Source: Candidatus Hydrogenedentota bacterium (GTDB lineage Bacteria; Hydrogenedentota; Hydrogenedentia; Hydrogenedentales; SLHB01). Taken from it: 64,000 bases of DNA. Location of the stretch: assembly GCA_963674865.2 (NCBI GenBank), contig CAXXYE010000009.1:1728001-1792000 (forward strand), in the 5' to 3' direction. The translations under genes and the position numbers were made by a program. Position 1 is the stretch's first letter. Every line of letters starts with the position of its first letter. Positions 9,711 through 20,415 of this stretch are shown here, piece by piece. The notes under the pieces are model-generated. The model was not told the DNA's origin. It worked only from the letters and a program-made list of their open reading frames with translations, and ran no database searches.

Positions 9711-10745
9711 ATGAAGACTATTCGCGTTGGATTCGTGGGACTGGGCGGCATCTGCCGGCACCGGCACGTGCCCGGCCTTGAGCGCATCGAGGACGTCGAA
9801 CTGGCGGCTGTGGCGAACCGCTCCCCCGAGTCGAGCCGCCGGGCGGCGGACGAGTTCGGCATTCCCATCGTGTGCGATTCGTGGCAAGACCTGGTGGCGC
9901 GGGACGACCTCGACGCGGTGGTCATCGGCACGTGGCCCTACATGCACCGCCCCGTGAGCCTGGCCGCTTTCGCTGCGGGCAAACACGTGTTCTGCCAGGC
10001 GCGGATGGCGATGGACCTCGCCGAAGCGGAGGAGATGGCCGCGGCCGCAAAGGCGTCCGGCCTCGTGGCCATGCTCTGTCCTGTACCCATCGGACTGCGT
10101 GTGGATGCGGCCATTGCGCGGCTGCTTCGGGAAGACTTTCTGGGTGAGGTGCGCCTCGTGCGCGTGCAGAGCTTCTCCGATGCCTACGCCGATTCCTCGG
10201 CGGCCATTGACTGGCGGAAAGATCACCGGCTGTCCGGCCTCAACATGGGGACCCTCGGCATGTACATCGAGGTCATCCACCGATGGTTTGGCTGGACGCG
10301 CGCGGTGTCGGCCCATACGCAAACCTTCGTGGCCGAGCGGACGGATGAAACCGGAGCGCAGGTCGCCGTGGCGATTCCCGATCAGATCCTGTTCAATGCC
10401 GCCATGGACGCAGGCTTCCCCGTCCAATACGTCATCAGCACGGCCGTGCATCACGGCAAAGACGGCATCGAGATTTACGGCAGCAAAGGCACGCTGCGAT
10501 ACGACGTCGCCGAGGACGTGCTCTACGGCGCGCCCGCGGGCGGCGAGATGAACGCCCTGCCCATCGCCCCGGAGGACGCCTACGACCTCGAGCACTGGCG
10601 CGTCGAGCGGGACTTCATCGACGCCATCCGCGAGGGGAAGGAATACCACCCCAACTTCGAAGACGGCCGCCGCTACATGCAAGTCGTCCAGGCCGTCTAC
10701 GACTCCGCCGCCGAAGGACGAACGATCACCTTTAGCCGAGCGTGA
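9711..10745 (+). CDS. Gfo/Idh/MocA family oxidoreductase
   Basis: VGFVGLGGI Rossmann motif; DAVVIGTWPYMH; GKHVFCQARMA. Confidence 0.85.
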   Translation: MKTIRVGFVGLGGICRHRHVPGLERIEDVELAAVANRSPESSRRAADEFGIPIVCDSWQDLVARDDLDAVVIGTWPYMHRPVSLAAFAAGKHVFCQARMAMDLAEAEEMAAAAKASGLVAMLCPVPIGLRVDAAIARLLREDFLGEVRLVRVQSFSDAYADSSAAIDWRKDHRLSGLNMGTLGMYIEVIHRWFGWTRAVSAHTQTFVAERTDETGAQVAVAIPDQILFNAAMDAGFPVQYVISTAVHHGKDGIEIYGSKGTLRYDVAEDVLYGAPAGGEMNALPIAPEDAYDLEHWRVERDFIDAIREGKEYHPNFEDGRRYMQVVQAVYDSAAEGRTITFSRA

Positions 10746-10781
10746 GCGCAACGAGCCCGCGGGCCCTGTCCCACCCCATCC

Positions 10782-11040
10782 GTAGCCCCGAAGGGGCGAT
10801 GCCTTGACCCTACCCTTAGCCCCGCAGAGGCGATACCTTGTCCCTTTTGTTAGCCCCGTAGGGGCGATAGCACATCCCCCAGCCTGAACGTCGCAGCCCT
10901 CGAACACGCCGCCTCTCCTACGCCATCGCGCACGTCCATCCGGCGCCCCGCAGGGGTGGCCGTATGTAGCCGTGGGTGAGCAAAGCGAACCCACGGACAC
11001 GAGACTCCAACAACCACGTAGCCCGAAGGGGTGATAGCGC
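10782..11040. repeat. GTAG-type REP palindromes downstream of the HUH transposase
   Basis: Several (G/T)TAGCCCCG(A/C/T)AGGGGCGAT copies and GTAGCCGTGGGTGAGCAAAGCGAACCCACGG. Confidence 0.85.
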
Positions 11041-11047
11041 CTTTGCC

Positions 11048-11500
11048 TCACACCCAAATACGCTCCTCGTCGAAATCGACGCCGTGGGCCTTGAGGAGCG
11101 CCCTGAATTCCTCCTTGAAGTCCGCCTTGCGGTGATGGCGCTCCTGATTGCGAACGTAGGCCTTGACCTTGTCCGATTGCGAATGGCTCACCGTAAACGC
11201 GCCAAAACCATCCTGCCAACGAAAATCCGACATTCCCCCGATGTTCTTGTGTACCCACCCGGACGATGCGCTCTTGATATCCCGCACCAAATCGGAAACC
11301 GAACCATCGGGCCGCCACCGCAGAACGAGATGCACGTGATCGGCCGTGCCGCCGATTTCGTAGAGGACCCCGCCCTGTTTTCGAATCGTTCCGCCGATGT
11401 AGTCGTAAAGACGCGGACGCAATTCATCGGAAATGAACGGCCTACGGCTCTTCGTACTGAACACCACGTGATACTGGAGATTCGTGAACGTTCCACCCAC
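11048..11500 (-). mobile_element. tnpA: IS200/IS605-superfamily Y1 HUH transposase, REP-associated (RAYT-like)
   Basis: YHVVFSTK, DHVHL (HUH) and WQDGFGAFTVS...YVRNQERHH motifs. REPs flank both sides, there is no tnpB, and GTG 11500 follows RBS GAGGAG. Confidence 0.9.
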
Positions 11501-11526
11501 GATCCGCTCTCCTCTCAATCGCGTCC

Positions 11527-11615
11527 ACCCCTTCGGGGCTCTCGCTAGGGCGGGCCGGTTCCCGTGGGCTCGCTCCGCTCACCCACGGCTACATGCGGCC
11601 GCCCCTTCGGGGCCA
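11527..11615. repeat. REP palindromes upstream of tnpA
   Basis: CCCCTTCGGGGC occurs twice, with CCCGTGGGCTCGCTCCGCTCACCCACGGCTAC, in inverted orientation to the downstream REPs. Confidence 0.85.
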
Positions 11616-11923
11616 CCCGATCCCCCTCGGCGTGACCCCGACTGCCTCCTGTAGGGCGAGCGCCACCGTCGAAGATTGAAGCGTGGAGACTCGTCCTATT
11701 GACATGATGGACATGACCAATAGATTGAGACGAGGGGAGTCCTGGTTGCAAGGCACGGGTCCATCAACGTGATCTTCGCCACCACAGTGCCCTCCCAAGC
11801 ACTTGGATTATGTGCTGCGCTTTCCCGAACCTGTCTGCAACTCGTCGGCCCTCACGCATCTGCTCTATGATCCCGCAGCTTCCGAATCATGTGGCGTTCA
11901 CGGGCCTCACGTGACGATTGGCT

Positions 11924-12694
11924 CTACGGGCCCTGGTACGGTGCCCAGCGCGCCGCATTGTCCAGCTTCCCGGCGTCGTCAAAGTCACTTGCCGTTTCCA
12001 CTAAGGTCCACTTGCCCGGCGTTTCCGAGCACGCCCTTACAAATTCCTTTCCGAATTCGGTGAGGTAGAAAGCAGAATTGCTGAACACCCAAGACGAGAT
12101 GCGGCCCACAGCTGCGCCGGTTCTAGGTTTTCTCTCGACGATAATCTGTCGTGAAAGGTTGCACAAAGACATGTCAACGACCCTAAAATCAAGGGCAAGT
12201 GACGCCACAAGTCCCTCAATTGTAATCTCTGTACCTGGGTGCGCCTGTACCATCTCGGCCATCTGTTCAACGACCAGGCAATCCACCGGTGTCAGCTCTT
12301 CTAAGACCGCTCCGAAGCAGCGTCGCATCTGAACGCTAGAACTCGGATCCATAGCATTTGCCAACAGCCGCGCCCAGCGCTCCTGAAGCGTTGAATCGTC
12401 TTAGAGTGTGGCGGCTTCGAGGAATGGAATAGCCAACCGCAACGGGATGGCCTCTGGGTGTTCTAACTTGCGCCGCGCGAGTTCATTGTTGAGTTTGTCC
12501 TGTAGTGCCAAGGCATTCTTGGCTCTCCAGTAGTAGAGCTTGTCCTTCAGTAGCCCCGCCGCGTCTTCACCCAGAATCCTCGCCAGAAACGTCAGCGCCT
12601 TGTCGGCCAACTTGATGGCGCTCTGAGTGGCGTCCCCAATGCTCTTGCCTGCGTCTGCGACGCTCTGAATGGTTCGGTTCGGGTCTTCCGTCAT
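11924..12694 (-). pseudogene. Abi-alpha (DUF4393-like) family gene interrupted by one in-frame TAA at 12401-12403
   Basis: The two tracked ORFs share a frame: ...IPLRLAIPFLEAATL*DDSTLQERWARLLANAMD..., matching the Abi-alpha pattern P..E.AS.EED..LQE.WA.LLANA. Confidence 0.75.
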
Positions 12695-12883
12695 GGCGCC
12701 TCCCTCCTTGTTTCAACCCTTGGTCAAACGCAGCGAGCTTGCTCCGTGACGCCCCGTCCAAGGCAAACCTTCCCTTCCCGAGAACTTGCCAAGTCTTTTT
12801 CCGGGCCTTCCAGAACGTGGCAATGACGGTTTAGCGCGGTCCTCTATAGGAAACGCCACACACCGTGCTGCTCCTACCACGTC

Positions 12884-13678
12884 CTAAGGGCCAGAGAGTT
12901 CGTCGACAACCTTACGAATTCCTCTCGCGATGTCCGCGTATGCCTGATCCCAACTCTGCCAGGCCGTGACTGGTTTCCCATGTCGGGGCAAAGCCTGGAA
13001 TTTGCCAAACGGCGCGTTGTGCCAATCACAGTCGCGGACAATAATGGGTATGATTCTCGCCTCCCCGCTACGGTGCCGCTCAAGTGCCCGTTTCATTTCA
13101 ACGTCCCAGCAATACTCGGAGGCAATGAAATCGGCGCTGATCAGAAGCAGGATGATGTCAGCCGAATCAAGATGGTTGTCTATCTCGCCGCGCCAGTCAT
13201 CGCCCGCGCCAATTCTACGAAAGTTCCATGGGAGTATTTTCCCCTGTCTACGAAGCAGGCTCAGATGGTTCTCAAGCTGTTCCAGATGTTCTTCGTCCTT
13301 CGTAGAGAGGGCAATGAAGACGCCGAAGGCTTTGGCACGCTCGCCTGGTATCGATGCCTTGCTCTGCGGCACTGGATGCTGCGCTTCGGCTTCAATCTGC
13401 GGCCCTAGATGCGATTCAATCTCCTCATCAAGGAACAACTCATATCCGATGTCGCTCAACCTAGCCCGCAGTGTATCTGGTGGGTTGACTTCGATTATTC
13501 CCTTGCTCTCGAGAAAGCCAACGTGCTTCGAGCGAAATTCCCCTTCATCGAGGCTAAGAAGTTTGGCTACAGGAGCAAGGTCAACGAACGCGAAGCCTGT
13601 TTCCATGGAGGGGCTTGCCTTTGCGTCCAGGTACTTGACGATGCGTAGGCGAATTTCAATATCGTTCATTGGCTCCAC
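12884..13678 (-). CDS. TIR-domain protein with N-terminal winged-helix-like region
   Basis: VFIALSTKDE...LENHL, IGAGDDW, ADIILLLISADFIASEYCWDVEM (conserved Glu) and IIPIIVRDCDW. Confidence 0.85.
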   Translation of the reverse strand: MEPMNDIEIRLRIVKYLDAKASPSMETGFAFVDLAPVAKLLSLDEGEFRSKHVGFLESKGIIEVNPPDTLRARLSDIGYELFLDEEIESHLGPQIEAEAQHPVPQSKASIPGERAKAFGVFIALSTKDEEHLEQLENHLSLLRRQGKILPWNFRRIGAGDDWRGEIDNHLDSADIILLLISADFIASEYCWDVEMKRALERHRSGEARIIPIIVRDCDWHNAPFGKFQALPRHGKPVTAWQSWDQAYADIARGIRKVVDELSGP

Positions 13679-14076
13679 CTGCTTTCACCTTCATTCTTCT
13701 TGGGCGAGACTCACATTTCTCAAGAAGGCCGAACGCGTGAGCCCTCGCGCGCCCTTATCAGGCCATACATCATCATCGTAGCCTTTGAAGGATTTGTCAT
13801 GTCGAGTATCCAAAGGCACGTTGTCGAAACGGTGCGCGAAAGACGGGGCCACGATTGCTCTTGCGCCTCGCGGCCTGACAGGATTTCCGCTTGCGCGGGA
13901 AGGATGGTCGCCAGAGAAGGGATAGCCCCGTCTCGTCCTTCTGAGTCGGACTCACCTGCATCGGCTTCTCTCTTGCCGTGCCTTCCCAGCCAACGCTTCC
14001 CGACACAATCATAGCCCATCGGGGCGATGCACACAACTAGTGCGGTCATTGGGCCATGGCGTTGAGCTGGCCTTTT

Positions 14077-16965
14077 CTACCGCCCCTCGATTTCAAGGTA
14101 CACGTCTTCGAGGAGGCCGGAGGGGAGGTCCTTGTCGGGGCCTTGGAACAGGTTGGCCGCGGTGTTGGCGACTTTGAGGACGAATAGGTTGGGCCCGGCG
14201 CAAACGAGGTCGCTCACGTCGACGCGATAGGGAGGCCACGGACGCACGCCGGCGACCCGGCCGTTGGCTTCCACCTCGAGGAGATGGCCTACATTGCCGG
14301 CTTCGAGAGAGATGCGTTTGCCGATGACCTCCGGTGGCACCTCAAAGTCGGTGCAATACATCCCGGTGCCGGAGAAGTAGGGGAAGCCTTGCTCCTCCCA
14401 CGGCCCGGGCCGGATGCCGCGCACGGGGACGAGATGCGGCGGGTCGGCGTCCGGGTCGATGGCGAAGTCCCCGGCCACCCAGGCGTATTCTTCGATGCCG
14501 GGCTGCGGGAACCAGCCGTGGCTTCGCACGGCGATGGTGATGCTGTGTGTGCACGGCTCGAGGCGGCCGAGGGATAGCACGAGGAAACTCGGATCGAACT
14601 CCCAGGGCAGCTCCTCCGTCAAGGGCTCGCCGTCCAGCAATACCGCCGCCTTGGTATCCTTGGCCACGATGGAGCGCGCCATGGGCGGGACGCCGACGGG
14701 CTCGCGGTGGACGCCGTCCAGGATAATCCGCATGTTGGCGAGGTACTCGGACAGGGCGAAGCGCGTCGTATAGCGGAGTTCGGTGGCGTAGTGGAAGGTG
14801 CGGACGGTGAAGTCCCAATCGCGCAGCGGAAGAAAGTTGCCGTTTTCCGGCGTGAAGGCCCACGTGTCGCAGAGCTTCAGTCTGCGGCCGGGGGCGAACT
14901 CGATGCGGGGCGTCTCCACCGCCGGGCGGGCGGTGTCCACCACGAGCAGACAGGAACCCACCGGGGCGAAATCCAGGGGGACTTCCAGGCGGCCTTCGAC
15001 AACCTGCGCGCCCGGCGCATCGCGCTGCTCGCCGGTTTCCGCGTCCCAGAAGGCCGCGCGGCCCACGGCTTCGAGCGACGCCGTCGCGGACACGGGCGCG
15101 TCGGATGTGTTGGCGAAGAAGAAGATCTCATTGCTTTCCTTGCGCCGATGGAGGTAGTAGACATCCGGCGCGCCGTCGAGGACAACGTCCGGCGTGATAC
15201 TCGCCAAGGCCGCGGCCAGATCTTCTGCAGAGCCCGTCTCGATGGCGGTGACGCCGGGCATTTCCGCGAGACGAACCTCCGCGGGCCGGTGCGCATCGGA
15301 CTGGGCCTTCGTTTGCAGCACGCGCACGGGCTCCGCCGTGAGGCTGACGACGGGGCATTGCGAAGCCACCCGGCGCAGCGCCGCGAGGGCGTCATCGCGA
15401 ATCGACGTGAGCTTAGGCACGACGAGGGCCTCGAACTCTAGCCCCTTCACGCGGAATCGCCCGCCGCGCGCCTTCGCCTTGGCAAAGCTCTCCTCGTCGA
15501 GGATGACGAAGTCGCGATGAAGCGCCAGCAGTGCCTCGCCGAGTGGGGCGAAGGTATCTTCCATCTCCTGGACGGCCCGAGGCGCCGTATCTCCCGGGAC
15601 ATAGTCCGCCCACACCGACGACATCGGATAGAACACGGCGATCTTCGCCACGTGCTCGCCGCCGGTAGTCATGGCCGTCACCCGCGCGGTGTAGTCGGCG
15701 AAGTGCTTGTAGTAAGGCCAGTAGGGGGCCTGGTAGAACTCCGAAGGCGGCGAGTCCTTCTTGCGGTGTCCCGCGATGGAATAGTAGAAGGCGTGAGGCA
15801 TGATGTAGTTGATGCCGTTCGCCATCTGCCAATCCGCCATCCACTTCATCTCGCGCAGTGAGAGCCGCCACCCGCTCTCGCCGAACGTCTCCGTCATGGT
15901 GCGCTCGCGGCCTGCAAGCAGCGCGGCGGACGCGACGAGCTTCGGCGCCATGGCCTGCTGTGAGCCTTTGCCGATGCGCAGGTTGAGGTGGTCCATGCCC
16001 GGCATGTCCAGGTGCTTTAGGTGGTTGAAGATGTTCCCCACGCAGCGGAACTGGAAAAGCAGAGGCTCCTCGCCGAGGACATGGCCCGTCAGCGGGATAC
16101 CGCGCTTCCCGCACCAGCGGGCGATGGGCTTGAAGAAGGCGTTCTCGAAGAGCGACGTCGCAACATCCCAGTAATCGTATCGAACCTGAGCGCCGCCGCC
16201 CTCTTGGCCGAAGAACTCGGGCAGGCGATCGAGCAAGTCGTAATGCTTGGTGCGGCGAAATGCCTCCGGAAACGCGGCCGTCCACGGGACGCGCGAGCGA
16301 TCGTCAGGATACGTCATAAAGGCGGCCTCATCCGTGAAAATGCCGGCGAGGCCCGTATCCCGCAGGTCGCCCAGACGCTCCTCATGGCGGTCGTAGCTCG
16401 CCTTGATGAAGGCCCTGCACGCGCGCTTACTGAGCACATCCAGATAGGACGGATACCAGAGGATGCCCTGGCACTCGAACTTCTCCGCCTTCGCGATGCG
16501 CCAAGAGCCGGCGGCAACATCCCACGACCGCCCCTCGACGCGGCGGAGGGATTCACCGGGCCGGCCCACGTAGGCCGACACCACGTCAGGCCCGAAATCC
16601 ACCGTGGCGGGTCCCTCGACCGCCTCCTCAACCAGGTGCAGGAAATTGAGCCGGTTGGCCGGATCCGCGATGGCCTCGCCCGCCGCCGGGCCGCTCGGCC
16701 AGTTTTTCTCGTCGTAGGCCCAGGCCATCATGCCGAGGCCCCGCGCCTTTTCGCAGCAAAAGCGGACGGCCGCGAACCACGCGTCGGAGAAATACGGCGT
16801 TGTCAGGCCGTGGCGCGCATGCATGACGAATCCGCCGAGTCCCTTCTCATGCATCTGCTCGATCTGCATATCGAGCCTGTCACGGCTAAGTTCATGGTTC
16901 CAGAACCAGAACGCGGCCTGGCGGAATGGTGGGGGAGGGTCGCGAAAAAGGTCGTGGAGTTGCAT
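14077..16965 (-). CDS. Glycoside hydrolase, GH106 (alpha-L-rhamnosidase)-like
   Basis: FWFWN, GLGGFVMHAR, YDEKNWPSG, GIFTDE and C-terminal GFPYFSGTG sugar-binding domain. Confidence 0.8.
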   Translation of the reverse strand: MQLHDLFRDPPPPFRQAAFWFWNHELSRDRLDMQIEQMHEKGLGGFVMHARHGLTTPYFSDAWFAAVRFCCEKARGLGMMAWAYDEKNWPSGPAAGEAIADPANRLNFLHLVEEAVEGPATVDFGPDVVSAYVGRPGESLRRVEGRSWDVAAGSWRIAKAEKFECQGILWYPSYLDVLSKRACRAFIKASYDRHEERLGDLRDTGLAGIFTDEAAFMTYPDDRSRVPWTAAFPEAFRRTKHYDLLDRLPEFFGQEGGGAQVRYDYWDVATSLFENAFFKPIARWCGKRGIPLTGHVLGEEPLLFQFRCVGNIFNHLKHLDMPGMDHLNLRIGKGSQQAMAPKLVASAALLAGRERTMTETFGESGWRLSLREMKWMADWQMANGINYIMPHAFYYSIAGHRKKDSPPSEFYQAPYWPYYKHFADYTARVTAMTTGGEHVAKIAVFYPMSSVWADYVPGDTAPRAVQEMEDTFAPLGEALLALHRDFVILDEESFAKAKARGGRFRVKGLEFEALVVPKLTSIRDDALAALRRVASQCPVVSLTAEPVRVLQTKAQSDAHRPAEVRLAEMPGVTAIETGSAEDLAAALASITPDVVLDGAPDVYYLHRRKESNEIFFFANTSDAPVSATASLEAVGRAAFWDAETGEQRDAPGAQVVEGRLEVPLDFAPVGSCLLVVDTARPAVETPRIEFAPGRRLKLCDTWAFTPENGNFLPLRDWDFTVRTFHYATELRYTTRFALSEYLANMRIILDGVHREPVGVPPMARSIVAKDTKAAVLLDGEPLTEELPWEFDPSFLVLSLGRLEPCTHSITIAVRSHGWFPQPGIEEYAWVAGDFAIDPDADPPHLVPVRGIRPGPWEEQGFPYFSGTGMYCTDFEVPPEVIGKRISLEAGNVGHLLEVEANGRVAGVRPWPPYRVDVSDLVCAGPNLFVLKVANTAANLFQGPDKDLPSGLLEDVYLEIEGR

Positions 16966-17057
16966 TGGGCGCCCCTACATCTTGATGCGTGTTGCCGGCC
17001 CAGCGTAATGCAAGGCACAGTTCACGTCAAGGGGCGAGAAGACGAGCGTGTGCCGAC

Positions 17058-17567
17058 TTAGCGCTGGACCCAGCGAAGGAGGCGATACGCGGCGACGGCC
17101 TTGAGGATATCGCCGGGGATGAAGGGCAAGACGCCCAAAGCCACCGCCTGCCACGGGGAGCAGTGCAGCCACACAGCAAGCCACGTGGCGCCAAAGAGCC
17201 AGATGGCCACCGTAGCGCAAAGGATGCCGGTGGCGGGATTGCGGAAGCGTGTGGCCACGTAAGGCGTCATAGCAAAAGCGACCAGGTAGCCGAAGGTGGG
17301 GCCGTAGGCCGCGAACAACGGCACGCCGAATAGTCCGAGCGCGATATACAAGAGGATGCCCGCAAAGGCGCGCGTCCGCCCGACGGTAAATGCCGCCAAG
17401 AGCACCGGGACGGTTTGCAGCGTGAGCGGGATGGGCGAGAAGGGCAGCGGAATACGCACCAGCGCCCCGACGGCCATCGCTCCGGCCACCGCAAGCACGG
17501 CGAAAAGGGCCGATTCACGGCGCTGCGTGGCTTCCCAAGGTGTATGGAGTACATTCTCGTATCGCAT
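17058..17567 (-). CDS. bioY: Biotin transporter BioY
   Basis: IPLPFSPIPLTLQT, YIALGLFGVPLFA, GPTFGYL and PFIPGDILK. Confidence 0.92.
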   Translation of the reverse strand: MRYENVLHTPWEATQRRESALFAVLAVAGAMAVGALVRIPLPFSPIPLTLQTVPVLLAAFTVGRTRAFAGILLYIALGLFGVPLFAAYGPTFGYLVAFAMTPYVATRFRNPATGILCATVAIWLFGATWLAVWLHCSPWQAVALGVLPFIPGDILKAVAAYRLLRWVQR

Positions 17568-17621
17568 GGGCCGGGAGTATACCTTGGCCGTCGCGCCGGT
17601 TCAACTACTTCCACAACGGGC

Positions 17622-19203
17622 TGTCGCGACTCTTTGATAGTGTCACCCCCTCGACTCATTAGAAATGTCACAATTGGAGCCTTTCACTTGGAGGGCTGCC
17701 GTGGAAGGGCATTTGAAGATGAGTCGCAAGGAATTGATGCGTAAGTCGTTGTTGGAGCTTGTTGTGGGAAAGCATATGACCCTGGCGGAAGCGGCGCGGC
17801 GCATGGAAGTGAGCTACCGGCAGGCGCTGCGGATACACGCACGCTTCGTGTCAGAGGGAGATGAGGGGTTGGTGCATCGCAACCGGGGCCGGGCGTCTAA
17901 TCGAGCCAAGCCTGCCGCGTTCCGGGACAAAGTCCTTCGGCGCTATCAGGAACGCTATAGAGAACACGATTTGGGGCCGACCCTGGCCGCGGAGAAGCTG
18001 GCGGAGGAAGGCCTGTGCATCGACCACGAGACGTTACGGCGCTGGCTGCTTGAGCAGGGGCTCTGGGCGAAGGGAGACACCGGGCGCCGGCATCGCTCCC
18101 GCAGGGAGCGGCGAGCCCATTTCGGAGAGCTGGTGCAGATGGATGGGAGTCACCACCACTGGTTCGGGCCGGACCAAGGCCAAACTTGTCTGATGAACAT
18201 GATAGATGACGCCACAGGAGAAACCTTGGCGCTCATGGCCGAGCAAGAAACGAAGCAGGCCGCCATGCAGCTTCTGTGGCGGTGGATCGAGAAATACGGT
18301 ATTCCTCGGGCGCTGTATACGGACCGAAAGAACGTCTACATCACCGGCCGGGAGCCCACGCTCGAAGAGCAACTGGCGGGGCGCGAGCCGCTGACTCAAT
18401 TCGGAGAGGCCTGCTATAAGCTGGGAATCGTCATCATCCCCGCGACTTCGCCTCAAGCCAAAGGCCGCGTCGAGCGCTCCAACGGCACATACCAGAACCG
18501 GTTCGTCAAGGAACTCGCCTTGCGGCGCATCACCACCATCGCCACCGCCGACAAGCTGCTCTACGAAAGCTTTTGTGACGCTCTGAACGCCAAGTTCGCC
18601 ATTGCGCCCCGTGAGGAACTGGACTATCACCGTCCTCCACCCAAAGGCCTTGAGCTGCATGACATTTTTTGCTTCGAGGAACTGCGCGTCGTCCAAAACG
18701 ACTGGACCGTCCGTTTCGGGAATCATTACTACCAAATCCTCAAGAACAACAGTCCTCTGCCCCGGCCCAAAGACAGGATTCTGGTCCGCACCCATCTGCA
18801 CGGCGGCATCAGGCTGCTCTACAAAGACCAGGACCTTGACTACCGCAGGCTCACGGTCAAGCAATACAAACGAGAAGGGCAGCAACGAGTCCAACAGGTC
18901 CAGCCCCCCGCCAAGCCCAAGAAGAAGAACGCTCCCCCCGCGCCCTACAAGCGCTGGCGGCCCAACGTCCAACGCCTACCTCTCATGAACGCAAAAGAAA
19001 GGTGAGCACGCGAGTTACCCACATATCCACATCCTCGACGAGCGCTATGCGCCCGCGCGCTTCGCGCTGGATGTGGATATGACGGTCTGGGGACAGCTGC
19101 TACGCACCTGACCACAGACCTTGGATAACTCGCTTCTGCAACCATCGAGCATAGGACATTTCTAATGAGTCCCAACATGTGACATTTCTAAAGAGTCTTG
19201 ACA
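17622..19203 (+). mobile_element. Complete IS1202-family (formerly ISNCY) insertion sequence, 1582 bp, 17-bp target site duplication
   Basis: TGT...ACA ends with imperfect TIRs and repeated GACTC(A/T)TTAGAAATGTC motifs. CTACTTCCACAACGGGC occurs at 17605-17621 and 19204-19220. Confidence 0.88.
17701..19005 (+). CDS. DDE transposase (IS1202/IS481-like)
   Basis: N-terminal HTH; GELVQMDGS.H.W, IDDATG, ALYTDR and SPQAKGRVER motifs; RBS GGAGGG before GTG 17701. Confidence 0.9.
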   Translation: MEGHLKMSRKELMRKSLLELVVGKHMTLAEAARRMEVSYRQALRIHARFVSEGDEGLVHRNRGRASNRAKPAAFRDKVLRRYQERYREHDLGPTLAAEKLAEEGLCIDHETLRRWLLEQGLWAKGDTGRRHRSRRERRAHFGELVQMDGSHHHWFGPDQGQTCLMNMIDDATGETLALMAEQETKQAAMQLLWRWIEKYGIPRALYTDRKNVYITGREPTLEEQLAGREPLTQFGEACYKLGIVIIPATSPQAKGRVERSNGTYQNRFVKELALRRITTIATADKLLYESFCDALNAKFAIAPREELDYHRPPPKGLELHDIFCFEELRVVQNDWTVRFGNHYYQILKNNSPLPRPKDRILVRTHLHGGIRLLYKDQDLDYRRLTVKQYKREGQQRVQQVQPPAKPKKKNAPPAPYKRWRPNVQRLPLMNAKER

Positions 19204-19315
19204 CTACTTCCACAACGGGCAATGCTCGGAACAAAGCCTCATGTGGCGCGGCCGGAGGAAAGCTGGTTCCAGGTGTTCAGCGCGGCGCACCACGCTGCGT
19301 GCCATGCCGTCGCCC

Positions 19316-19918
19316 TCATCTGTTCACCACCAGGCAACCTGCCATGACATCGTGAAGGGCCTGCTTTCTTTCCGTGAAGGCGGCCATGAGAAAACCGATG
19401 CACAAGGTAAGGCTCGAGACAAACTTCGTCCAGTAGCGGCCATTGGCTCGGGCGAATGAAACGCGGCGTCCCTCAAGATCCGTGACTTGAATGCCGAGCG
19501 CCATCTTGCCAAGCGTGGCCTGCTTCGATGACGACTCGAACAGCGTGTAGTAGAGCCAGTTGAGGATGGTGCCGAGGATATAGCCTGATACACCGCATGC
19601 TGCCTGAGTTGTGGGAAGGTCGTAACCGGCCACCGCCATGACGCCGCCGAGCACCGCTCCGAATGCCACTCCTACGATTAACCCCCCAATGCTGAGGAGT
19701 ACGGAATCGATCAACAAGGCGGCGAACCGCTTCCAGAATCCTGCGTACGTCACCGAACGTGATTGGGCGACCGCCGCATCGGGCGCTACGACGGCGGCGA
19801 CGGGAGGCACGAGAAAGACCTCGCTGCAGGCCGGACAGGAGACTTCCTGTCCTGAAAAGGCCTCATCGATTTGAAGATGCTTTCCGCAATGGGGACAGGA
19901 GAGCGTCGCGATTCCCAT
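19316..19918 (-). CDS. Zn-ribbon + RDD family membrane protein
   Basis: CPHC...CPAC; YAGFWKRFAALLID; QATLGKMALG; KQALHD. Confidence 0.9.
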   Translation of the reverse strand: MGIATLSCPHCGKHLQIDEAFSGQEVSCPACSEVFLVPPVAAVVAPDAAVAQSRSVTYAGFWKRFAALLIDSVLLSIGGLIVGVAFGAVLGGVMAVAGYDLPTTQAACGVSGYILGTILNWLYYTLFESSSKQATLGKMALGIQVTDLEGRRVSFARANGRYWTKFVSSLTLCIGFLMAAFTERKQALHDVMAGCLVVNR

Positions 19919-20386
19919 AGACTCCTCCCATTCTCACGCACAGGCCTCGGCGGATTCATTGTTTTCCCCTCGCATTCGCGACGCGTCGCGTCTCACCCCC
20001 CGAAGGCCACCCCGGACTCAAATCCTATGCCGCGAACAGAGACAATGTCAAGTACATCTAGGCAAGATGTGTGCATAGCTCAGTAGCTCGGTTCCCGCTC
20101 CGCCAAGCACTACGTTTCCAGGCGTAGCAAGTCGTACTCGTCCCTACTTCGAGGACATCATCTCCGCCGTCGCTCTTTCTCTCGCTGACCTGCGCGGTTG
20201 TCCTCCCGGCACAGCCCTGATCAGTGGAATATCACCGCCGCCTGCCAGGTTGCATTTGATTAGCGCCTAGCGGTAGCTGCGAGTAGTGAGGAAGAGGTCA
20301 AACAAAGCAAGGTGTTTGTTCTGCTTTTAATTGGGCGTTTTGCGGTTTTTGCGGGGTTTAGGCCTCCGCGCCACTTGATTTTCCCC

Positions 20387-20415
20387 TTGACACCACCTCG
20401 ACATCTTGCTATACT
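20387..20415 (+). promoter_or_regulatory. Near-consensus sigma70 promoter for the porin gene
   Basis: TTGACA-17 bp-TATACT with an extended -10 TG. Confidence 0.8.

Noticed and set aside
9570..11318. 582-aa minus-strand ORF and similar long antisense ORFs (e.g. 20726-22222, 31623-32999, 27998-29248)
   Set aside because: These are shadow frames of well-supported genes in GC-rich DNA, with no recognisable motifs.
11048..11900. IS605 element with TnpB/omegaRNA
   Set aside because: No tnpB or RuvC ORF is adjacent, and the flanks are multiple REPs.
12401..12403. Recoded stop (Sec/Pyl or alternative genetic code)
   Set aside because: The codon is TAA, which terminates other genes here normally; a point mutation or error is simpler.
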